A stretch of 64,000 nt of DNA from contig CM097885.1 of assembly GCA_044892525.1 (NCBI GenBank), forward strand, positions 155,124,001 to 155,188,000, given 5' to 3'. Below, in pieces: positions 48,956 through 60,366 of the stretch. This stretch comes from Schmidtea polychroa. Taxonomy: Eukaryota. The position numbers and the translations under genes are program-made. Position 1 is the stretch's first letter, and each line of letters begins with the position of its first letter. The notes beneath the pieces were generated by a model. That model did no database searches. It was not told where the DNA came from and was given only the letters and a program-made list of their open reading frames with translations.

Positions 48956-51900
48956 CAATGGCGGATTTAACATTAAAGAGGCCCGAGGCGCAAAAGAATT
49001 CAAGGGCTTCCTCTCACCCCCCCCTTGGGCAGAAAATTTGAGAAAATAAGTTAAGCATTTAAATATTTTTAAAAAATTTAATGTATAAAAACTTTTAACA
49101 AATTTTATTTTAATTTCAGAAGTACAATCATTATTCGCCCAATATACTTAGTATTTAATACATAATATTTAATACATAATATTTAATACATAATAATAAT
49201 TCAATAATAATACACCTAACCGCGAAAGTTAACCACCTGAGGTGAGTCACCAATTATATGACAATATTAACTTAATTTCATTTATTCTATTTTTCAAAAA
49301 TCATTTTAAGGTAAGTTTTTGAATTGAAGTAATTTTTAGGACTTGAATTTTGATTTTATATAATTATGAGATCATTATTCATCATTTATAATTTATCATT
49401 TATAAATATATTAATAATTAAATTTCAGGTGTTTTTTTAGGAAATTTATGATATTTTATGCATTAATATGGAATTATTTCGCTAAAATGTAAGTTAAATA
49501 TTTTTATATTTATAAATAAATAAAGTAATCATCATACACATTAATTTTTTTAATACATTTAGGGAAAAATCGGCGTACATGAACGAAATAGTTTTTTAAA
49601 TTTTTATAATCTTCTTTCTGCAGCTCATTTTCGATGGCTTTCTTTGACGACAAAATCCAACAAATTATTTCCCTGTTCTTCTGAAATAATTTGTTTTCTG
49701 CCACTTCTTTTTCCTTTTGTAATTTCGGCATATTTCTTATATTTGTAAATTATTGAAATAATTGAATTTTTGGGGATTCCGAGCAATCTTCCAAATTCTT
49801 TATAATTGTCCCCATTTTCAAATGCATTAATAAGCCGAATTTTTTCTATTTCTGTAATTCTTTGAAAATATTAATTTGTTAAAATAATTTATTAAAATTT
49901 ACGATTTGCGATTTTTTTTCTGCAAATTCGAAGTTGTCGAAGGACCTTCTTCAATATTTGAAATGGTACCTTCACGCAAAGAAATATCTGTTATACTGTA
50001 AAATATTTTAATATTTTATATTTTAATGAATAAATCTTACATTGTCAGATCTTCAACTTCGCAAAAAGCCACTGTGTCCTGTGAAATATCTGTAAATCCA
50101 AAGAAATTTTATATTCCAAATTATTTTATAATTAAATCTTACGATGTATCTTCTTTTTTCCCCTAAAGCTCAACGTAGAGCAATCGGAATCTGATTCAAA
50201 AGTTTTTTTGTACATCATTTTTTAAATAATTTAAAAATATTGATATGTTAATTATATGTTAATCAATCTGAATTTCGCATGAAAAACACTTTACTTAATT
50301 TTGTATGTATTTTTCATTATGTGTGCTGTGCTTGTATGCTTTATTATTTTCTCTCACTTTTTAGATTCCTATAATAAATATGTTAAATTTCGCGGCATTA
50401 AATTTCTACACACAGGTAAGTTTGTGTGTTCCTATAATATATATTTATTGATTTTTTTTTAGATTATAGATAATGTTATATTTCGCGGTTAGGTGTAATT
50501 CAAATATATTGCAAACACAAAAAATTAACATATTTATACAGGTCGAATAATTTCAAAATTAATTTGTTTATTTAGTCCATACTCATGGTGGAATTGAAGA
50601 ATGGCTCAAAATCATATAATACCATTTTGTAAACAGCAGATCTAGTAGAAATTGCCGTTTCAATTTTATCACAAATTGCATTGTGTTTCTACTACAAACA
50701 ATTCTTGTCCACCTGGCGTACATTATTTGTATGTGATTCATCGAACTGTATTTTTCGTGTCTTACGTCTTTCTTTATAATTTATATTATCAGTTAGTAAC
50801 GGTTAGCAATGCATTTTCGTACGTGTCTAAACAATTAAATAATTATTTTGCTTCTAATTTAGTCATTAGTTTTTCGTTAACATTTTCGCTAATACTATTA
50901 AGAACTGCTTTAGCAATTTTATAATTTAAACGTAAAGCAGAAACTGCATCAGCTCTTGCAGACCATCTAGTGTAAATAACTTTTTTTATAAGTTTTGAAT
51001 TATTATTGCTAGGTCTATCAACAAGTAGATTCCATCTGTACGTAGACGAAGAAAAAAATGCATAAATGTTTTGTATTAAAACGAAATAATAAACAGCCGT
51101 CGAACAAGTTTCCGCAGCACAATTTCCAATTAAATTTAGGGAGTGACTTGAACATGAAATAAAAGTGGCAGATTAGTTTAAATTCTTAATTCTAGCTTGT
51201 AAACCATTATACTTGCCAACCATATTAGGTGCATTGTCATAACTTTGCCCACGACAATTTTTTAAATCAAATGACAAGTTAGTTAACATTTCAATAATAG
51301 ATATTTGGATTCGTGACTCTTAATTTCCAAAAAGCCAAAAAATCGTTCTTTTGTACATCTCTCTTTGTCAACGTATCTTAATATAAATGTTAATTGATCT
51401 ATATGGCTTACGCCTGGCATAGAATCAATAATTATTGAATAGTACATAGCTTCTTGAACCTCTAAAATTATTTTCTCTTTTACATCAGTTCCCATTAAAT
51501 TAATAAATTCATCACAGGTCGTGTGAGATAAATAAATAACCCTTCCACGTCCAATATTACCATATCTCTCTAAATGATTTTTAAGGAAATCGTCAAACTG
51601 AGCCAAATATTCTATGCATGTTATAAAATTTCTTTATCTATGTGAGTCAACACCTTCTCGGCGTTCTCGAAATGCTATACACAAACTAGCTAACAATTTG
51701 ATTGTTGCCATAATTCTCTTCAAAATTTCTTGCTAATATTTAGGGAATCAATGCGTCCAGTTGTTGATAATTTTTTTTAAACTTCAACATTGGAGAAAAA
51801 TGGTCTTTAGAACATTCATCTTCTTTTAATGCACGATTAATACTTTTCCTGCCATTAAAGCCAGTTGTAAATTAAGTATTAGAACGTATAAAAAGTTTAC

Positions 51901-53480
51901 AAATATAAAATTAAACACATTTACTTGTTTCTGAAAAAAATAACAACTCGTGAAATTCTTTTCTGCCGTTTGCTTTAATACAATAAAAATTATTATTTGA
52001 AATATTTCTAAAATAGCTTCTATCTTTATGACGATATTTGACTTTTAAATTCATTATATCCCCGATATTACAAGGTTTGTTAAGTAAATAATTGCTGATC
52101 ATTTTTTCTGATATTGTTAATGACCATAGAGCAATATCTTTGGGAAATCATTTTCTCTCTCTATTTTTTCACTATCGCCTGGTCCTTCCTCTTTCTTGTT
52201 TACATTTTCTCTTCAGCTTCCTTTGTTGCCGAATCTTTATTTGTTTTGTTATTTGTTGTTAAAAATTCTAACATCGCATTTTGTTGATTGCCTAATATTA
52301 TTTCTTGTTGTTTCCTTTTGTTTCTTTTTTGAGTTCAAGACATATATGGCTATAATAAAATAAAAAATATAAATATATAAATACATAACCCTTTAACCAG
52401 ATGGGTAAAAGTAACCCATACTCCTATTATGTCACTCTAAGTTTTTAAAGTACACAAAACTCAAAAGTATTAATTTTCGAATATTCAATGCAAAAACAGC
52501 GTACTTTTACTACCCCCTCACTCCCCAGTAATCAATTTAAGCTTTATTATTGTAGTAGAATGTTAAATTTTTATTGTTTTTATGGGTTAAAACAAAACCT
52601 CAATTAGGTTTTTTATTATTATCATTTTCGTTCCCGTAGTGTTTGGGAAATAAAATGTTTATAAAAACTATATAGCGATAATTTACTATAGTAAATATTT
52701 ACTATAGAAAATCGCTATAGTAAAACAAATTGACAAAATTAAAAATTTTCGAAAAAAAATCCATAGAGAAATTACGAAAGATAAAATTACAGAAATTTAA
52801 TATTTTACTTAACAACTGAAGAATTAGAAGATTTACTAGTTTAAAACTCAAATTAATCTCAAAAACGACAATAAGAATATGTATTAATCAAAAAACCGCT
52901 TTATTCTTAACTATATTTTGAATGTTTATCGGTTCATTAAAAGGAAATGACTTTTAAAAAAATAAATAAAAAATATAATCAAATAAAAAATAATAATTTA
53001 AATTTGTTAAATAAGAAATTAAATAAACTGTTCTACTAAAATCATACATTATTTCAAATAAATATAAATAAAACAAATAATTTTTTTTAATTATGAAATT
53101 AATTACAAACTTTATCTTTAGACAGAACCCATTTTTTAATTGTATTTGTATTTAATTTTTAGTTATATATAAAAAGGCCTCATAATAATTATATATATTT
53201 AACAATTTAAATTTGCTCTAATAAGTTTTGTATTTAGATTTTTAATTACATTAATATATTTTAAAACTTCTATATAAGGTAACTGCTATGTTTATTCCAC
53301 TTCTATGTCTTTTTATTTTTTGTATTTATTTATTTTTTTACCTTATAAATTATGGGTTAAAATATAAAAATAAAGATCCAAAAATTAATTTATTAGTTTC
53401 CCACTTAGCAAAATAATTTTTTACTGTAGTTCGGGGACCGATGCACTAGCCTCCTGCGCCTGTGCGGAAATCCGCCACTG
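48956..53480 (-). mobile_element. Decayed hAT (ZMYM1-like) transposon
   Basis: TIR CAATGGCGGATTT / AAATCCGCCACTG; GGAAGGGG on both flanks (offset by 1 nt); fragments YYSIIIDSMPGVSHIDQLTFILRYV, GQSYDNA, CAAETCS, FTRWSAR. Confidence 0.85.
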
Positions 53481-54673
53481 GGAAGGGGTATATAAGTTAC
53501 CGGGCATCTATTTATCTACTCTCTCCTTGTTTCAAATAATAAATAAGATCTATTATTAATTTTACAATAATAAACAAATTTAAATAAATTGTTTTAATAA
53601 CTGAATAAATAATAAAAATTATATCATTATTATTATTATTAAATCATCTCATAAAATCATAATTGTGAAATTCCTAATTATAATTAAAACAAATCAAATA
53701 CTCGATTTTACAATTACCAACCGAAGCTGATGAAACTCGAAACGAGACAATTAGAACAAGAGAATTTTCTTATTTTAAATATTTATTTATTTTGTACCAT
53801 AAATGTTAAAATAATTTTGTATTTAATTCAACTTGAAAATCCCCAAATTATGTTTTAAGTTCCTAATAGAAATTTGTATCAATAGCATTATACTTAAATC
53901 ACAAAAATTGGTGGTGTTGCAAAAAGGCATAGCAATCGAATATAATCTTTACATAGAGCATTGAAAAATTTATAACATTAATTTTTGCATAAACAACGCT
54001 GACTGTCAAATGAACAACTGTTCAAATATCCAAAATTTTAGCGTAGCACCTGAGCAATTTGCAATAGCATTGGCAAATAGATACAAATTGAAATAATTTG
54101 AAAGTCAAACTATACAAAATAATTGTGCCATAACATTTTGTTTGGTTCATCATGAACCTGTTTGTTAATAATAAGTTTAATCAAAATATTTTTACTTTTA
54201 TCTACAGATCAAATGTTTTTTTTAACGATTATCTACTTTATTTTGAATCATTTTATATTCATTAACCCTTCGATTTAACTTCAACAAAAATTTCTTGGAA
54301 TTCTTATTTCTGAAAAGAAAATTAGACAATTTAAATTTTGAAGTCAAGCAATCCAACATTTCTTATTTTCGACGTTCATTTATTTATATATTTAAAATTA
54401 ACTCATATTTTGTTTTCATAAATTAACGTTGAGTTTNNNNNNNNNNNNNNNNNNNNNNNNNNNNNNNNNNNNNNNNNNNNNNNNNNNNNNNNNNNNNNNN
54501 NNNNNNNNNNNNNNNNNNNNNNNNNNNNNNNNNNNNNNNNNNNNNNNNNNNNNNNNNNNNNNNNNNNNNNNNNNNNNNNNNNNNNNNNNNNNNNNNNNNN
54601 NNNNNNNNNNNNNNNNNNNNNNNNNNNNNNNNNNNNNNNNNNNNNNNNNNNNNNNNNNNNNNNNNNNNNNNNN

Positions 54674-55069
54674 NTCTATCAATGACAAAATTTTACCCGC
54701 TCTTTCAGATTGTCTTCTGCAAGATGTTCCAGTTTTATTCCGTTTTGATGAATATTTCGATCGATAATTTGTTTTGTTATCTCCTAAAGATCCAAATGTA
54801 TCATCCTTATTGATAGAATTAGTCGATAAATCCAATACTTCACCATCGACATTCGGTTGGAGAATGAGTTTCTCTTTCAGTTTTTTTGGTTCTTTCTTTG
54901 GTGCAATAGCAATATTTGTTGCAGCAATTGATGGTTCCATGATTTTGTTATTAGAATTAATGGCAGTGACAACAATAATAGGATGGTCGCTATTGATCGA
55001 TAGAGACGTGATCAATGATGATTCGCAGAGTGAATTTTGCGTCGATTTTTCAATAATTTGTTGGTCCAT
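54674..55069 (-). CDS. Host exon, probably the N-terminal exon of the Pax gene (3' end hidden in N-gap)
   Basis: Open frame from ATG 55069 with EVLDLS (PxDLS-like) motif; the Pax exon at 46205 starts with a splice acceptor and needs an upstream exon. Linkage is inferred. Confidence 0.5.
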
Positions 55070-57308
55070 TTACGATTCTTCTAATTGAAAATTGAAATTT
55101 TAAATGAATCGATAATAAAAATTTGAGTTTATATTGATTATAAATAACATGCAGTGTTTTTTTTTGCGTCTCAAAGTATCTCAAACTCGATACCAACCGA
55201 ATAGCATCACGCGTATCTCTCAAGCATGTCAGAGTAAGGCTAAAGCACAAGCACACACATTACTGTTGAACTCGGCAGCTCGATAAACTGGGACATATGC
55301 ACACCAACTTGCAGTACTAGTAATCATGTTATGATGTTTGGCGTAGCAGATTGTCTTATCGAATGCCGAGCAGACATTACTCGATCATTACCGTGTAACT
55401 TGTTGTTGCTGTCAATTTGTTTACTCGGCGTTGCTATAAACAGCATCAATATCATTGGCTTAACATCATCGATTGGTGCTGCTATTCATTACCATAGTAA
55501 TAATTCCATAACGAACTTTGCACACAACTGAATTCGTGTTACGCTCTCATCCCAAATGATAAAAACAACAAATATTTTCGAAATAAAATCAATTTTTAGG
55601 AGTAAAAAAATATTTTTGAATAAATAAAAGAAAAATTTCTTGGACTTACTCGTGTCAACTTTCCGAGATTTCAACTGGTGCCAGTGATATTTTTTTCAAT
55701 AAGAAAAAAGAAGAAGAGTGTCAGTTCTCTGTTATTCGAGTGGTAATAACTCACTGTATGTATTACGGTTGAGTCGTAGCGAGGTGTGTCTTCATCGAGT
55801 AATACAATTGTAAACGAATTAGCACGACTCAGGTGAGTTCGATTTATACCTAAACCACAGTCGATTGGTCGTTACTGATTTACCGAATCGACTGTTTGCT
55901 CGGCAGACACGCGCGCGCACACACACATATATATATAAAAATATATACAGACCGATTTTTGCAAACAACCGTTCGGTTTGACCACGCTACTAGTGAGAAC
56001 TCGTCAGTTATCGATTTCAGCTCCGAACTACTAGTTGTCGGTGTGCTTGGTGGTCTTTGCTACGCTGTCATTTGCAACAACAACAGGCCAACTGAGTCAG
56101 TGTAAGCTCGATATTCGGGGCAGAAACGTTGACTCATGAAATTACATCCAAAATGGGGGCCAAAACAAATACATCTGTACTGTTCAGTTTGAAAACTATT
56201 GAAATCAATGCCAGCTAACAACGCGAAGAAATGAAATTAGAAAAGTGTAGAAAGTATGAATTTTCGAGTTTATTTAAACGAATTTTCGTGTGGAGATTTT
56301 GCATATATTTACTGATGTGATTTTATTGGTTTTGTATCGGATTTTATTATATTTATTATTATTTTATTCAACCAAACCAGGATAAATTTCCAGAAATAAA
56401 TTACAAAATTTGTTGGATCTAAACTTTAAATTTCAAATTTACACGATTTTTGTGTAAAATATGGCAAAAATCGGTTAAACAGTAAAACAACAAACAATAA
56501 TTTATAAGTAAAATTATTGAAGAATTAATAATAAATACTTTTACAATTATTTTTATCGCATATTTTTTTAACCCTTTTAATTAATATATTGATTGCATAT
56601 ATTTATAAACATTATAAAATAAATAATTATTTCAAAAATAAAAACTCTGACAATGAAAACATTTGTTAATTAATTTGTTTTAAATATATATTTTTAAAGT
56701 GATTTCCAAAACTATCAGCTTTAATAAATCTTTTTAAAATTTAACTTATTAATTTAATATTTTTTCGGTTTTAATAATTTTTCTCTGCACATATGTCCGA
56801 TTGTCGTGAAAGGTTTAAAAGCGTGGATGCAAAGGAGAAAATACCAAACTGATGTTAATTTCCGTCATTAGTATTATTGGAATAAGTAATTGCTATCAGA
56901 CATTTAAAGATATAATAACTATTAAATTATTTATCAGTATTATATTTTATTTAAAAAACAATTACGTGAGATACTATTTTGATTATTAGATAATTTAGAC
57001 AAATTATTTATAAAAATTATAATTGATAAACGCCAACTAAATATGTTGGATAACATCACGCTATATATTTCGATCGTTTAACAGTCTTCTACTGGCTACA
57101 AATCGTATTAATTATAACTAAATGAAAATATGAATATTTAATCAATAATCATCGTCATAAAATTGTATCAAACTAAAGGTATTTTGATAAAATTTTCTCT
57201 TTGAAAATAAAAAATTTAAATCTGTTGGGTTATTGGGTTGGTGATAAAATTAAAATTCTTTCTCTGACTCCAAGCGTCTCTTTGACTGATCCACAAATAA
57301 CACTTGAC

Positions 57309-57559
57309 AGTAGTGTGTATATAGCCCTAACCCAAACAACCCTCCCAACAAAACATACCTCCATTACGCTTAAACCATTACAAAAACAACCAAAAACTTA
57401 TACTTTTATAGTATTTTAACCCCATATTTTAAACAACAACCACCCTTAATCTTTAAAGCCTCAAACTCAAAAGCTTCAAACTAAAAAGAGAATAGAAAAG
57501 AAAATGGCATTATGAAAAAGTTAGAGGGCTATTTGGGATAGGGCTATATACACACTACT
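57309..57559. mobile_element. Miniature element with Polinton-type AGTAGT termini (251 bp)
   Basis: Perfect 21-bp TIR AGTAGTGTGTATATAGCCCTA, imperfect to ~40 bp; flanks CTTGAC / TTTGAT (4 of 6 match, possible decayed 6-bp TSD). Confidence 0.65.
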
Positions 57560-57645
57560 TTTGATCGCAATCAAACTCCGGAGTTGATCTTTATCAGATT
57601 ATTGATTTTAAATTATATAAATTAAAAAATAAATGAAAAATAGTA

Positions 57646-57710
57646 AAACTGCTCTGAGGGGACAGTGGTATTTTTTTTTTTTTTTTTTTTCACTGTCCCC
57701 TCAACAGTTT
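57646..57710. repeat. Hairpin with poly-T loop
   Basis: Perfect 13-bp stem TGAGGGGACAGTG / CACTGTCCCCTCA around GTA+T20, extended by AAACTG/CAGTTT. Confidence 0.85.
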
Positions 57711-58057
57711 TTTTGATCCGGATCATTTTTTTATTTATCAACCTCTTTCGTTTATCAAATCTCTTCCAATATACAAGCTGGCCAGACTCATACATCAGAA
57801 TCAATCCGATAATAGCAGCACACCTTATTATTCGCTTCTCGCTCGAATACGATTTCATCGGCGTTTTAAGTGTGCTGCTCGACAGTACAAATGAATTCGA
57901 AAGTGAATCCGAAAGAGGTCCGAAAACAACTGAGAAATAAATGTGCACATTATAGAATCGATCCGGGGGTGTTCGAAAGACAGGTGGCGATAATTACCGG
58001 TTCGCCACCATCACCCGTTTCAATAATTTTTTTTTCATATTTATGTTTAAAAATAAA

Positions 58058-58135
58058 ATAATTAATAAAATAAATAAAATAAATAAAATAAATAAAATAA
58101 AATAAAATAAAATAAAAATAAATAAAATAAAATAT
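58058..58135. repeat. (TAAAA)n simple repeat
   Basis: Directly visible. Confidence 0.85.
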
Positions 58136-58186
58136 AAATCTAAGATACCCACACTATTATTTTCAAATTTAAAAAAAAAAAAAAAA

Positions 58187-58261
58187 CTAACCACAGTTAG
58201 GATTTGAACCGCTATCCATTTGAACCACGGTGCCGGTCTAGCCCACTGCGCTATCTAGGTT
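58187..58261 (-). ncRNA. tRNA-like Pol III unit 1
   Basis: A box TAGCGCAGTGG (58243-58253), B box GGTTCAAATCC (58200-58210), 32 nt apart, then GGTTAG+T16. Confidence 0.6.
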
Positions 58262-58507
58262 TGGATTTTTCTCATTTTTTAGACTATAAATAATCGATTC
58301 AAGTTCTTTAACTCTTTCCTGTAATTGTTTCATTTTCTTCAATCTTATATCAGCAACATCTACAGCCTTCATATAAAAATGTCGATACTTTTCATTATCT
58401 ACCATCAACTCTTTGATGTATTCTAATGGTTCTTCTTCTCTTCTTTTCATTCTCTTATGTTTAACTTCATTCAATTCATTTCTCATTCTTTCTTTTAACT
58501 CATCCAT
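58238..58507 (-). CDS. Small coiled-coil/basic protein (89 aa), unknown
   Basis: ATG in TATAAAAATG context, heptad-rich; its last codons overlap the A box of unit 1. Confidence 0.55.
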   Translation of the reverse strand: MDELKERMRNELNEVKHKRMKRREEEPLEYIKELMVDNEKYRHFYMKAVDVADIRLKKMKQLQERVKELESIIYSLKNEKNPNLDSAVG

Positions 58508-58677
58508 TTTTATAAATATTTTTTTTATTGGATATATTAATTTTTGGTAGCTTAAGTTAAAACGTTTTTGATCTTAAATTTCCAAGAGTTGCCGTTGACC
58601 AATCTCCTTAAAAATTTGTACAAGTACTAAATCGAGTATGCTGATCAATATTTCGTTAAAAAAAATTTGAAAAAAAA

Positions 58678-58750
58678 TGACCGAAATGGGATTTGAACCC
58701 ATTGGTATTGGCAATGCAGTCGAGTGCTATTACCACTAAGCTATTAGAGC
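58678..58750 (-). ncRNA. tRNA-like Pol III unit 2 (5' half resembles tRNA-Cys GCA)
   Basis: A box TAGCTTAGTGG, B box GGTTCAAATCC 33 nt away, perfect T-arm ATGGG/CCCAT, partial D-arm, unpaired anticodon stem, ends GGTCA+T8. Confidence 0.65.
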
Positions 58751-58920
58751 TATACTCAATATAAAATAAGTTGTTAATGTGTGACTATTTATTGATGAAA
58801 TTAATAATTAATTATTCATTTTCTCGACAACTACCACTCAGATCCATCTGAAAATTTAAATATATACTAAAATCAGTACGCTGAATCAGATTCCGTTGAA
58901 AAAAAAATATCGAAAAAAAT

Positions 58921-58994
58921 TGACCAAAATCGAAAATTGAACCCGGTACTCCCGGTGATAAAATTGAAGCCTATTCCCACTCCGCTATAATGGC
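58921..58994 (-). ncRNA. tRNA-like Pol III unit 3
   Basis: A box TAGCGGAGTGG, degenerate B box GGTTCAATTTT 33 nt away, CCGG-GAGTA-CCGG hairpin, ends GGTCAA+T7. Confidence 0.55.
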
Positions 58995-59050
58995 TTACAT
59001 AATATATTTAATTAATCCTATTTTGTGTGTGTAAATTTTAATATATAAAA

Positions 59051-60337
59051 ATGAATAATATAAAAATTCAAGAAAAAAATAAATTAAATCTTGATTATAA
59101 TAAAGAATTTACTCATGAAATCAAGAAAAACGATGTACTTAAAATCTCCCCAACTTCAGGATCTATTGCAAACTTAAATCGTAGGGGTGATATAGTTTTT
59201 CAATCTCTTCAAACATCAAACCCTATAGATATTTGTAATGCCAAATTATATTATAAAATCGAATTAGAAATTGAAGCAAACAAAGATATAACCCTAGAAA
59301 ATAATTTCTTTCCAAATTTATTCTCCAACATGAGATTAAAACTAGGATCATCAGAAATTGAAACTGTTTTGCATCCGGGAGTATATTCTACAATGTTAAA
59401 TTTTATTTTGACTGGTTGTGATTATAAAAATGAATATGGTGAATTAACAGGCTGGATTCCTGATGTTAATAAAGGAGATTTAGATAAAGATGGATTAGAT
59501 ATAAATTATGGTTACTATAAAAGAGCTGAACTTTATAAATCTAAAAAATTTGAAGGTTATTTTGAATTAAAACACTTGTTTGGATTCCTTCAAAACTATA
59601 ATCGTATACTTCATAATGTTTTTATAGAATTAGTTTGTAATAGAGTAGAAGGTGATAAAAGATTGTTGTATGGAGATAAGGATACAACAGCTAAATTAAA
59701 AATATCAACACTTGAATTGCATATACCTGAATGAACATTAAATCTACATTCTGAAATCAAACTCCCTGAAAGATTAAATTCCAACAAGTCTATAAATGTA
59801 AATTATTTAAATAGAATCTGTAGTGAATTTAGTATGACAGAGGGTTCAACATATTCTATAAAGGTAGCAAATTTAGCATACCGACCAAGATATATCTTGA
59901 TTGGATTCAAAGAAGTAGATTCATCTTTCCAAAAAAATAACAACTTGTTTATTCAAAAGATTGGAGTTGATAATTTAAAAACAATCCAAATTCAATTAAA
60001 TAGTTCTTATTATCCAATAAATAGAATGGAATTTAATATTGAAAATAATGAAAACATATTCCCATATCTAAATTATATTGAAACATGTTATGATTTCAAA
60101 GTTGAACCGCAATTAAGTTTAGAAGATTTAAAAAATTTATATTCTATATTTTGTATAAATGTTTCAGACCAAGATGATCGCCTAGCCATAAATAATGTTG
60201 ATGTTACACTTCATGTAACAAAGGATTCTAATTTTAAAGCTAAAGTATATACATTAATATTAGAAGAAAAGAAAATAGAAATGAAATTATATGGTGGAAA
60301 GATTTCAATAATCGAAAATGTTAGGGGAGATTCTTGA
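59051..60337 (+). pseudogene. Double-jelly-roll major capsid protein (Polinton PY/hexon-like), one in-frame TGA at 59732-59734
   Basis: LENNFFPNLFSNMRLKLGSSEIE..PGVYSTM and RPRYILIGF..IQLNSSYYP..FCINVSDQ match Polinton MCP patterns; the frame continues through the stop. Confidence 0.8.
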
Positions 60338-60366
60338 TATAATCCTTGATATTTTAACATTTTAAA

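Noticed and set aside
53720-53750. Hammerhead-like CTGATGA...GAAAC
   Set aside because: GAAA lies in the loop of the CTCG/CGAG hairpin; stems I and III cannot be formed
57309-57559. CACTA transposon reading (CACTA/TAGTG present)
   Set aside because: The motifs face the wrong way: TAGTG is at the left end and CACTA at the right end of the inverted repeat
57622-57948. Overlapping ORFs 57622..57948 (-) and 57665..57940 (+)
   Set aside because: Depend on the poly-T hairpin loop; no recognisable motifs
58187-58994. Functional tRNA genes
   Set aside because: Acceptor and anticodon stems do not pair; kept only as tRNA-like Pol III units
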